Shown piece after piece: positions 51,252-62,100 of a DNA stretch of 64,000 bases. Position numbers and translations under genes: made by a program. Origin of the DNA: Macrostomum hystrix (lineage: Eukaryota > Animalia > Platyhelminthes); contig CATNEN010000038.1 in the NCBI GenBank assembly GCA_950097015.1, positions 18,228,001 through 18,292,000 of the forward strand. Reading direction: 5' to 3'. The notes under the pieces were generated by a model. It did not search any database and was not told the DNA's origin. It saw nothing but the letters and a program-made list of their open reading frames with translations. Position 1 is the first letter of the stretch, and the number at the start of each line of letters is the position of its first letter.

Positions 51252-54200
51252 ATGCCCGAAACGATGCAAGACAAGGATATAATCAGCCTCCTACGGCAGC
51301 AGATGGAAGAAGAGCGCCAACAGCGGAACGCTGACCGGCAGATGATGCTCGACCTCATTCGGTCTCTAAAGCCTGCAGCGGACCAGTCCCAGGCTGCAGC
51401 TTTGCCGACGCATGTGACGACGTCGACTCCGAGTTTCTCGCCATTCGACGCCACGTCCGAGCTCTGGCCCGACTACTTAGCCAGATTCTGCACCTTCACG
51501 GGCGCGAACTCCATACCCGACGACAAGAAGGCTCAGGTGTTCCTGACGAACCAGTCTCCGTCTGTCTACAAGCTTCTCACAAACTTGGCAGCGCAGCAGA
51601 CGCCGCGGAAGGAGATCAACAAGCTCACTATGGACGAGATTGAGAAGTTCATGGAAGAACAGTATGACACCAAGCGCTTCATCGTGCGGGAGCGTTTCCG
51701 GTTCTGGAGCGACATGCGGTGGAAACCGGGTGAGACGATCCAGGAACTGGCTGCGAGAATCCGCCAGGATGCAACCACCTGCGATTTCTCTTCCATCAAA
51801 GATCCACTGGACGAGGCGCTGCGCACGCGTTTCATCTGCTCAGTGAGGAACGAAGCAGTACTCAAAGCTTTGTTCAAATTAAAGGTGGAAGAGCTCACGT
51901 TCGCCCGGGCTGTCGAGATCGCCATCGAGACAGAGGAAGCCGCCCGAGTCGCCAAGGAAACGGTTTACGGCGACAAATCCAGCCCCGTAAACAAGGTTAA
52001 GCAGAAGGTTCGGCGACCCGGAGCCACTTCGGCGAAATTTACGACAGATTCTACTGCTTCCAGGTCTACTACTGACTCTGCGTCTGGTTCGTACTACCGC
52101 TGCGGAGCGAAGAACCATCGGGCAAACGATTGCCGATTCAAGGACGCGACCTGCCGGCACTGCAAAAAGGTGGGTCACCTAGAACCTGTCTGCCGTTCCA
52201 AGGCCAAAGGATCTGCCCCTGCGGCGAACTTCAAGAAGCCAGTGAAACAGGTCGAGGAGCATGTGCTTGTACATGCTGTAGCCCGAACCGAGGACGACCT
52301 GCCTAAGCTGGAAGTGTCGATCCACATCCAAGGCAAGGCTCTCGCCATCGAGGTCGACACTGCGACAAACGGCAACTTCATCACAGAGTCATTCTGGAAG
52401 AAGCTGGGGACGCCGCCGCTCGAAGTAGCGATGTCACGCTACGAGTCCGCCAGCCGACACGACTTACCTGTACTAGGTACCTTCGTCGGGAAAACGACAT
52501 TGCCTGGCTCAGCTCCTGAGCATGACATCCAGTACATCGTCACACAGGTGCCCGGTTTGAATCTACTCGGCCGGACCGCCACGAAGCTGTTGGGAATCTC
52601 CGTCGACAAACTGCTCGGCGCTGCCAGCGCCATTCAAGAAGTCAACGCAGTGTTTGACCACCTGTCGCCGGACGAGGCTCTTCAAAAGGCCTGCCGAAAT
52701 CTTTGCGACGAATTCCCGGACCTGTGGAAGGACGAGCTGGGTTGCCTCAAGGACTTCAATCTCGAGTTGCAGTTTAACCCGGATGCAAAGCCGGTGTTCC
52801 GGAAGGCTAGGCCTGTCCCCTTCGCCATCCGCGAGGAGCTCGAGCGCGCCTACGACGAGGGCATCAGGAGAGGCATCTGGGAGCCTACTGACTTCAATGA
52901 CTACGGGACGCCCGTGGTCCCCGTGCGAAAGCCCTCTACCGGTTCCGAGCAGCCAAAACTGCGAGTCTGCGGAGACTACTCATGCACCATCAATCCGCAG
53001 CTGCAAGACAACCGTCACCCGCTGCCCCTTCCTGAGGAACTACTGCAGAAGCTGGGAGGCAGCTACTGCTTCTCCAAGGTAGATCTGGCTGACGCCTACA
53101 ACCAGATCGAGCTCGGACCGGTGAGCCAGAAACGTCTGGCACTGAGCACCCACCGTGGAGTGCTCCTTCAGAAGCGACTAGCCTTCGGCCCGAAGTCTGC
53201 GGTTGGTGAGTTCCAGTTCATCATGGAAATGGTAGCCGGTGATCTGCCTGGCGTCGTCTTCTACCTGGACGACTATCTGGTCGGCGGCGCAACCGCTGGT
53301 GAACATCTCGAGAACCTACGCCGGCTTTTCCAACGCCTCTCCGACAGGGGACTTCGTTGCCGACGGGAGAAGTGCAAATTCGCTATGCCCAGCATCGAAT
53401 ACCTTGGCTATGTAATATCGAAAGAAGGTATCGCCAAGGGGACCAAGGTAGATGCAGTCCGCGAAATGCCTCCGCCAAAGGACGTGCCCAGCCTCCGGTC
53501 ATTCCTCGACTCGGTCCAGTTCTACGCAAAGTTTCTGCCGCCAAGCATGGCCACGATCTCTGAGCCGCTGTACCGACTCACCAGGAAGGACGCACCATGG
53601 ACATGGGGAGACACAGAGCAGCGGGCCTTCGAACAGATCAAGGAGGAGCTCTCGTCAGACAACGTACTTGTCCACTACAATCCTGAGCTACCTCTCGGGC
53701 TCTCCTGTGATGCATCCAACGTCGGGATCGGCGCCGTCCTGTTCCATCGCTACCCGGATGGTAGCGAGAGGCCGATCGCCAACGCTTCAAAGTCTCTGAC
53801 GGATGCTCAGCGCCGCTATCCTCAGATTCAGAAGGAAGCGCTTTCAATCATCTTCGGCTTAAAGAAGTTCTTCCAACACTTGTTCAACCGAAAGTTCATC
53901 CTGGTCACGGACCATAAGCCGTTGATTTCGCTATTTGGGCCCGAAAAGGAGACACCGGTGATGGCGGCAAACTGACTGGCTCGTTGGGCGAACCTGCTCC
54001 ACAATTTCACCTACGAAATCGAGTACCGCCAGACGAAGAGTCACGGAAATGCGGACGCCCTGAGTCGCCTGCCAGTCGGAGACGACCCATACTTCGACGG
54101 GGAGGAGAGCACAGCCGACTTCGACATGGTCTGTGCGATCAAGGTCCTGAGCCTGCAGATCCGGCCGGCTGACGCCTCAGCCGTAGCCAAGGAATCATCG

Positions 54201-55520
54201 AGGGACCCAGTCATCTCCACCGCCATGCGCTACTGTCGAGAAGGTTGGCCGCCAATCGGACGAGACGAGGACGCTGAGCTGGCCCGCCTGCGGAAAGTCA
54301 AAGATTCGCTGTCCTGCTGCAACGGATGTCTTCTGCAGGGTTGTCGTCTTGTGATTCCTCAAAACCTTCGGAAGGAGGTGCTGAAAATCCTCCACCTCGG
54401 ACACTTTGGAATGCAGAGGATGAAGCAGCTGGCTCGATCGGCAGTCTACTGGCCGAACATCGACGACGACGTCGAGCACCTGTGCCGCGGCTGCCATAGC
54501 TGCGCTGAGCACCAAAATCATCCGCCAAAGGCCGCCGTTCATCCGTGGATGATGCCTGAGAAGCCTTGGAGTCGCCTACATCTGGATCACGCAGTCAACT
54601 TCCTCGGCACCAACTGGCTAGTGCTCACGGACGCCTACTCGAAGTACCCGTGCATACACCCGACGCAATCCATGTCAACGCGGGCAACGATCGAGCTTCT
54701 GGAAGAAGACTTCGCCCACTTCGGCTACCCTCACGCCATCGTCACAGACAATGCAGCGGCATTCATGGCTGAGGAGTTTCAAGCTTGGTGTCGCGAACAC
54801 GGCATCGCGCACCTCACAGGAGCTCCGTATCATCCTGCAACAAACGGAGCGGCCGAACGACTGGTTCAGACCTTCAAGAAGGCCCTGAAGAAATCCAGCC
54901 TGCCACCTGCCAGGGCGCTACAGCAGTTCCTGATGCAGTACTGACGGACTCCTGCGGTCAACGGCTACTCTCCAAGCGAACTCCTAAATGGCCGGCAGAT
55001 CAGGACGCAGATTGATACTCTGCTGCCATCTCCAGCCCATCTCGCCCAGGATCGCCAAGTCAAGCAGGCCGAAGAGTCCAGAGCTCGGAAAAAGGTGTCT
55101 CGCGTCCGAGAAGGCTACAACATCGGAGATCCGGTCTACGCTCGCTACTACGGACCATGCCGCGAGAAGGAAGGCCGCTGGGTTCCGGCAGTGGTCACCA
55201 AGCGGCACGGCAGCCGCAGCGTCAACGTCAAGGTTGTCCCAAGCGGCCCGGTGTGGCGATGGCACTTCGACCAGCTTCAACCGCGACACATGTCCGCGGA
55301 AGACAGCGAGCCAGGATCACTGCCGACTCAACAAAACGAAACGGCCGGCCACCTGATGCTGCCGGCCACACCAGCGGTGGCACATCCAGGATCTCGACCC
55401 AGGCCTCCAGGATGGCGAGCGCCGGAACAAGTCCAACACCCGCCGCCGCCGCCTTACGGACCAGATAATCCACGACGGTCGGCTAGGCAGCGAAAGCCAC
55501 GGCTACAAATGGACTTATAG
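51252..55520 (+). pseudogene. Single-frame gag-pol (CCHC knuckles, protease, RT, RNase H, integrase) broken by two in-frame TGA codons
   Basis: CRHCKKVGHLEPVC, EVDTA, RVCGDY, YLDD, CDAS, TDHKPL, HLGH...CHSC, TDNA, YHPATNGAAER; stops at 53973-53975 and 54942-54944. Confidence 0.92.
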
Positions 55521-55594
55521 ACTTTCTATCAGCTGTACTCACAGTTTTGGTGGGGAGGTGTTGTGGGTTTCGTTCCGATAATTCCGTAAATAGT

Positions 55595-55721
55595 TTTCTA
55601 GAACTTTCTACCACTTGTTATAACACTCTGTTGTTTCCAGAATCTTCTCTGCGCCTCCCCCGCGGGCTATCTATGAGAACTTTCTAGAAAGTTCTCCCAC
55701 TCGCTCCCCAGGCTATAAATA
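55595..55721 (+). promoter_or_regulatory. 3' LTR copy of the HSE x3 + TATA module
   Basis: Same motifs, offset by 4737 bp. Confidence 0.75.
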
Positions 55722-55942
55722 GAAACCACCGCGCGGTGCACACACTCAAAAACTTTCCAGTATTTAGTAATACTGCTGTTACAAATATACGCTTATCCAG
55801 TCGACTGCCGAGTGCTCCTTTCGGCGCTATACTTACATTTACCAACACTAAATTGGAATCTGATCTGTATTCGTTAATTCAAGAATACAACAATACCAAT
55901 AGGAAATTAATGAAGCATGCAAAAACATTTCATTGATCAGGG

Positions 55943-56520
55943 CTGTTCGAAGACAGTAAAGTTAAGCAGCAAAAGTGGCTCTCTTCTGAATATAAATGCA
56001 TCTAAAGATTGCATATAAATGCATTGCGGAGATAGGCGAGCACAGTTCAGACGTGAATAACTTTTGAACTGTACTATGAACCGACTCCAAATTTGAAATG
56101 CACTGAAAACTCGCTTGCTTTTCGAAGACTGTAAAGTTTGGTTGAAATTGGTGCAGCGAAAGTGGCTCTACTCTGAATAAAAAAATGGCATCTAAGATTG
56201 CATATAAATGCATTGCGGAGATAGGCGAGCACAGTTCAGACGTGAATAACTTTTGAACTGTACTACGAACCGACTCCAAATTTGATATGCACTGAAAACT
56301 CGCTTGCTGTTCGAAGACTGTAAAGTTTGGTTGAAATTGGTGCAGCGAAAGTGGCTCTATTCTGAATATAAATATGGCATCTAATATTGCATATAAATGC
56401 ATTGCGGAGATAGGCGAGCACAGTTCAGAAGTAAATAACTTTTGAACTGTACTACGAACCGACTCCAAATTTGATATGCACTGAAAACTCGCTTGCTGTT
56501 CGAAGACTGTAAATTTTCAT
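55943..56520. repeat. ~187-bp tandem modules of the right Foldback-type TIR
   Basis: ttcgaagac(t/a)gtaaa recurs at ~55946, 56121, 56310 and 56499. Confidence 0.85.
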
Positions 56521-58069
56521 GTGATTTGGTAGGACAGAGCCAGAGTGTTTGTTATATTTCGAATATAAATCTGAATATGTATCGGGGAACCATTATATAT
56601 ACATTTTACTTTAGTTCCATGTTCGTGTTCGTGTTCGAAGCGTGGTTTGTCCACGTTATTGCTAACAGCTGGAAGAGTGAATGGAATTTAGATATTAACA
56701 CAAATCATATTTAAGTTGAATATTTTTCTTCCTCGAAGCATTTGTAATGTTGCAGCACTTTACTTGCATGGATGCGATGCGTCATGCGTGCCGTCTGTGT
56801 GTTTGTAAAGGAGTCAGCTGACGAATGTAGTCTGCAGAGCTCCTCTGATTGTCTTGTCTACTGTCAACAAATACAGTTTCATTTCTAACCGCCTTCTTGC
56901 CACTCATTTGCTTTAGACCATAGGCCTAAGTGATAATTGATTATTGAGCATATGTCAAGCACATAGGCCTACACATCATTTGACATGTAGAAGTAGGCCT
57001 AACCAGGCAAGACTAGACTGTAGAAAGTTTTCATAATGTTACTTTTAGACTATTGATTGTATTTAGTACCAATAAATTATTTTTATTAGGCCCCTACAAA
57101 ATACAACTAATTTTCACAAATTAAAAAATATCGCTAAGCCTTTTTGTTACATTTTGGTAGGTCTTGCTGTAGTATAGTAAAGTATTGTGGTTAAATAACT
57201 GTCACAGTGGTTCCAAAGGAAGCTTTTTAAAACTTATGTGTCATGTGTCATGATTATATGTCATGAATAGCCTAATAAAACATGACTTCTGCCTACTCTG
57301 CTAGAGGTTACCCTGCTAGATACTTCCAATATAAATTATTGAATAGGCCTATTCATTTATTCATATAAATTAGTGATTGAACTGGTTCCACCATTAGCAA
57401 AGCTAGAAAATATATTCTGGGACTAACATGTAACATCCCACTGTATTTATATCTCAGTTGTCATAGTATACTGATAATATAATTTAATAATTGATTATTT
57501 TTTTCTTATTTGGGCCAGGTACGCTTAGTAATATTTAGAGGGGCCTAATGTTTGCCATTTCTGAGTCATTTATAAAGTACAAATCTTAATATTAGTAAAC
57601 TTATTCAAGGCTAGTTAAGCCCTTGTCTGACATAAAATTTTGAGATATCCAACATATAGAAAATTTTGCAACTCATGCTTTAGACATTCTTGCTACTTAT
57701 TAGGCCTACTAAACTGTATTAATAATTTTTGTATCTATGACTTATTATAATAAGCCCCAGCTTAGTTATAAAAATGATAACATTGGTTAACACCCTTTAT
57801 GATGTCTAATATTAACAATTGTAGTAGTATGATTACTAGAATTTTAAAAGTTGATTTAGGCCTAGTTAATTGGTAGGCACTTAAAATTCACACATTCAGA
57901 CATCTAGTTAAGACACTACAAGTTTAGTTAGCAACATAGGTTTTGGAGGGCCTAGTCAGCTCCTTGTTACTTTTTCAGTTACAAATTTTAAATGATAGCT
58001 TAATGGCTTCCTGAATGATTTTTATTTTTTCTTTTATGCTCATTAATCTTTTTTCCCTTTCTAGATTTA

Positions 58070-59254
58070 ATGATGTCATCAAGCATGTCAAAGATTATTC
58101 TGCAGTCAGCTCTCATTAGTTTTTTAATCTGGCAAACTTTGGCAGACAGCAGTTGTACCATTGTCTGCTCTAGATCTGTTGAATACTGTGGCCTTAGCTG
58201 TACCTGTGAGCTTTGTTCGGTTATTGCTGTCCATTGTTCAAATGCAAGTCAGGATCAGTATTATGAGGTAAAGTGCAAAAAGATCAAAGCTTCAGGGTAT
58301 TGCACAGATTTATTTTCCGGAAGCCTAGCAAAAGAAGTCACTGAAAATGCTACAACTAGCAAGCCTATTGTGATTCAGAAAAATATGATAACAGAGAAAG
58401 CCAACAACAGTGCCAACAATGCAAATTATGTACTCTATTTTGCCATTGGTGTACCTGTTCTAATTTTGATACTCTTTGTACTAATTGTAATTATCATCTG
58501 GAGGAAATGTCGATCTGGTGACCATAAGCATAGAAAAGCACAAGCAGCAGATGTTGAACTTGGACTTGTTGAATCGGCTGGTCATGAAGATGTGGCAACT
58601 CCGCTTATGCAGTCGTCTGAGCTTAAGGTCAGCAACGCCGAGTCTAATGCTGAAACGCAACTTCAATCATCGCGCGATCAAGATAGGCCCCCCGATGAGC
58701 AGCACTCGACTGCAAGTCGACCTGCATCCGGATCTCATGATCCGGATCATGATCCAATCGTATCTTTCGCTCAAGTTCACGTGGAGCCAATCGCAACATC
58801 AGCGTCTCAACAGGTGCTGCTGGATGATGCAGCTCACGCATCGCCAGCCAGAACTGATGCTGCTCGTTCAGCGTCTGGAACCCCCGATTATCGTCAAATG
58901 ACCCGTAGTTCGTCAACTGGAGCAGCATGTGCTAATGACGGAACAATTTCTCCGGGCTGTGACGAGGCGCAAGGCACCAACTCCGGTAACGTCAGTCGCG
59001 AAAGCTCTTCGCTAGATTTCTCCACCGAAGAACTGGCTAGTAGGTCTGATGGCGAGGTTGCTCCAAGATCCAATCGTTACGTTCAGGACAGGCACGGTAG
59101 TTCCGGAAACAATTTAACGGGCAGTGCAGTCCGAGAGTTTAGTCACAATGTTGGCGCAGATTCAACTATCTATGGGCTTCCACAATATCCGGTGTCTCCA
59201 GTTGTAACGTCACCAGCCGAGCCGCCGCTTTTTAGTCGTGAAGCCCACGTTTAA
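58070..59254 (+). CDS. Type I single-pass membrane protein, 394 aa: signal peptide, small Cys-rich ectodomain, TM helix, long Ser-rich disordered tail
   Basis: Hydrophobic N-terminus ending TLA-DS; 8 Cys in ~55 aa; YFAIGVPVLILILFVLIVIIIW-RK; strong polypyrimidine/AG acceptor 5 nt before the ATG. Confidence 0.75.
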   Translation: MMSSSMSKIILQSALISFLIWQTLADSSCTIVCSRSVEYCGLSCTCELCSVIAVHCSNASQDQYYEVKCKKIKASGYCTDLFSGSLAKEVTENATTSKPIVIQKNMITEKANNSANNANYVLYFAIGVPVLILILFVLIVIIIWRKCRSGDHKHRKAQAADVELGLVESAGHEDVATPLMQSSELKVSNAESNAETQLQSSRDQDRPPDEQHSTASRPASGSHDPDHDPIVSFAQVHVEPIATSASQQVLLDDAAHASPARTDAARSASGTPDYRQMTRSSSTGAACANDGTISPGCDEAQGTNSGNVSRESSSLDFSTEELASRSDGEVAPRSNRYVQDRHGSSGNNLTGSAVREFSHNVGADSTIYGLPQYPVSPVVTSPAEPPLFSREAHV

Positions 59255-59573
59255 CAATCGGTTGTTTATTTTTTATCCTAATATGCTGCTCTCATTTCAT
59301 TGGATATCTCTAGTACGTTCGTATTCGTCCAACGGTCAGTCCAAAACGATTTGCCAATGCTGAAATGATCACTACATTGCCACATATTGACACTGGTGCT
59401 GTTCATCAGCCGTATAGAAACTTGCTTGAACAATCTTAAGCGCTTCTATATTTTTGTATTATTTAATATTCTTTATCGCTATGCACAGTGACGCTGATTC
59501 TAGATCTTCCCCGAAGCGTCGAGGAGGCAGTTGAACCAGATTGTTGACTTCATTGACTTCACTCAATATTATT

Positions 59574-59611
59574 TGCGACGCGTTTCGGCTAAAACTAGCC
59601 ATCTTCAGGCA
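59574..59611 (-). ncRNA. Second, identical hammerhead ribozyme on the opposite strand
   Basis: Exact reverse complement of 59963-60000. Confidence 0.8.
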
Positions 59612-59962
59612 CTATCGAACAGAATTTATTTCAACCTATTAAATACTGTGTAAACGACAAAATCAGGTATTGAAAAGATATAAAAGGACTAAAGGATCAA
59701 TGTACAGTATAGCAATGTTCATAATATTTTTTGTGGAATGACAGGACAGAGAAAAAAGAGAGAGAGAGAATGAGGCGTTTGGGGCGCATACGCCTCATTC
59801 TCTTTCTCTCTCTCTTTTTTTTCTCTGTCCTGTCATTCCACAAAAAATATTATGAACATTGCTATACTGTACATTGATCCTTTAGTCCTTTTATATCTTT
59901 TCAATACCTGATTTTGTCGTTTACACAGTATTTAATAGGTTGAAATAAATTCTGTTCGATAG

Positions 59963-60000
59963 TGCCTGAAGATGGCTAGTTTTAGCCGAAACGCGTCGCA
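59963..60000 (+). ncRNA. Minimal type I hammerhead ribozyme (Penelope-type)
   Basis: ugc-CUGAAGA-U-GGCUA-guuu-UAGCC-GAAA-cgcg-UC-gca: core boxes, 5-bp stem II, palindromic ACGCGU stem III, 3-bp stem I. Confidence 0.8.
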
Positions 60001-60766
60001 AATAATATTGAGTTTTGTCTTACTATTATCTGTTAAGAGTGCTTCTCTACCGCAATTCATTGACTTCATGTTGGCCTTCGACTCAGTCGCGAGGGCTGCA
60101 TGTTCAAAGCATATGTTCTTTGTTCGCGCCGCACCCGGCCCGCCCTTGACGCTGTCTTTTTTCAACTTGACTGCGTATTTTGAACTTTTTAACTAAAATC
60201 GAATTGCACAAGATCTGCTGATTGCACAAGTGGATATTTAAATCTCATTATTTTTCGCTTATATTACATTGCAAAACTGTGCTATTGGTTTATTTTAATT
60301 TCATGTTATTTAATCCCCAGCTTGGCCCGGCCTATTGGCTATTAATTCTATGTACTCGTATGTATCCCCCACTTGCCCCGGGCAGTTGTCGATGTTTTTA
60401 TGTTTTCATTTATTTGCACTAGTGCAATAAATTATTTATTTCACTTTGCATCGATGCAAATAAATTACCTATAATAACACAGAACTATAACACAACCATA
60501 GACAAACAGAATTAAACGAGCGAACGAATCAATAATCAATAAATTTTCTGACCTCGTCCGTTTGCCCGTTTCAAGTTAGGGATACTTATCATATTCCCCA
60601 CTCATTTAGTTGTCTAGGGCCAAAAGCACTCGGTAGCTCGTAATTGTTGTTGTCAATAAACGACAAGACACCTCTTGCTTTTGCCCGCTAGACAACAAAA
60701 TAAATGGGGAAATTATACCATTTATTTAACTGGTCTAGGCCGGTTTAGGATTAAGGATTAAATACT

Positions 60767-60902
60767 ATAATACCCCCCTGAAATCGTTGTCTATGGCCTA
60801 GGAACGGCTGAGGACTGCGCTTCTGGGACTCGGCTTCGCCTCGGCCAAGAAACGCGTCCTCAGCCGTTCCTAGGCTAAAGAAACGAAATCAGGGGGTATT
60901 AT
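60767..60902. mobile_element. Hairpin (fold-back) MITE-like element
   Basis: ataataccccc...cctaggaacggctgaggac pairs with gtcctcagccgttcctagg...gggggtattat; central ctcggcttcgcctcgg. Confidence 0.65.
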
Positions 60903-61091
60903 TCTATACATATGTACTTACGCTTGTATTTCCAATTTAATGTTTTAAATCTAGTTAACAAAAGATAATTATATATATATTGTTAATATATTTTACGGCC
61001 CTAGTGTTAAATAGGTTTTATGTTAAGGTTGAAATATTTTTCCCACAACCAAGAAGCAACTGTAAACTTATCTTTAACGGCTTGCACTGCA

Positions 61092-61357
61092 ATGCCCATT
61101 TCGCTGACTCCTGAGCACACACGCACACAGATACTGTACGCAGGCATACACTCACACAGGTGTGTACATCTGCCCTGACGTTCTCATCGTCAGGCAGTGT
61201 ACACTTCACTGTGCCTTGGAGGTTGGCCCTCAAGGGCGTAAATTGCACGACAAGCCGCCAAGCCAAATAACCCAAATAAATGTGGCCTCGCCGTGGAATC
61301 CAACTTAGGGACCGTGGTGCGAGAGGCAAACGCGATAACCGCTCTGCCACCGACCCC
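61092..61357 (-). mobile_element. SINE family A copy (3'-truncated, internal deletion)
   Basis: Reverse complement homology to the 12144 copy. Confidence 0.85.
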
Positions 61358-61954
61358 CAGCATACATAGATGAATGCATAACCAAAAACACAGCAACCAC
61401 AGGTATACATCGGCTTTTACAGCTGTTCAGTCCATAAACTTTCACTTAAATTTCGAGCCTATCTTGTGTCGGAAAGAATATTTCAGCTAGGTGATGTGAG
61501 AGCCAAACTCCGAACCACTATTTTTTCAAACTAAAAAGAATTAATATCGGGACCTCTATTTGTTAATAAATATTTTTAGTAAATTTTAATGATTGAAGTA
61601 ATTGTTGTTGCGTTATTTTACGTGTTATATTGTCGTAGTGCTAATTTAAATAATGATGCTTATGAGAAAATGTGGCTTATGAGAAAATCCCACTGCTGTT
61701 ACCAAAGTTGTTACAGGGTTATTTAATAAATTTAACTTTTATCTCATCGCTGACACCAAAGTTGTTATAGGCCTTTATTTAATAACTGATCTCAGTGCTG
61801 TTGTCTCAATTTAGTAGATGTTTAAACTGGCGGTCCTTAAATAGGCCGTTTAACTCCTCAATCTGGTAGCGTCTGTATTGCACGAGCGGTAAGTTAGGCA
61901 ACTATATGCGTTTCCAGTCAATTAGGCGTCCCCGAGATTAATGTTTAGCAGTTA

Positions 61955-62100
61955 CCTCTTAGTAATATTCTTGGTATAAATCTGAGTATAATTCTTAGTA
62001 CAGTTCTTAGTATAATTCTTAGTATAGTTCTTAATATAGTTCTTAGAATAGTTCTTAGTATGTTTCTTAGAATGCTTCTGAGTATGTTTCTCAATATTCT
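61955..62100. repeat. 12-bp minisatellite (ttcttagtatag)
   Basis: ~12 degenerate copies. Confidence 0.8.

Larger units (their letters stand above)
50822..55892 (+). mobile_element. Full-length Ty3/Gypsy (Mag/K02A2.6-like) LTR retrotransposon
   Basis: LTRs 50822-51153 and 55559-55892 (TG...CA, few differences); 5-bp TSD atacc; PBS tggcgtcgcaagcaggat at 51163-51180 (tRNA-Ser-like); purine-rich tract ggtggggagg before the 3' LTR. Confidence 0.95.
44728..56606 (-). mobile_element. Foldback/MULE-NOF-like DNA transposon with long modular TIRs
   Basis: Left end 44731-~44960 is the reverse complement of the right end (~56400-56595); the right end has ~187-bp tandem modules; 9-bp direct repeat tactttagt at 44719-44727 and 56607-56615. 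Confidence 0.8.
59561..60055. mobile_element. Penelope-like inverted pseudo-LTR remnant (palindrome 59561-60013 plus 42-bp tail)
   Basis: Arms 59561-59778 and 59790-60013 are near-perfect reverse complements; ttcattgacttca direct repeat at 59549-59561 and 60056-60068; hammerhead motifs in both arms. Confidence 0.8.

Noticed and set aside
53973-53975. Programmed readthrough or selenocysteine at the Gypsy TGA codons
   Set aside because: The stops fall inside RNase H and integrase at expected Arg positions, not at a gag-pol junction; mutation is simpler
55962-56468. 168-aa repetitive ORF
   Set aside because: Translation of the TIR tandem modules
59779-59789. Palindrome loop ttggggcgca matches a SINE A segment
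   Set aside because: Only ~10-11 nt; compatible with chance
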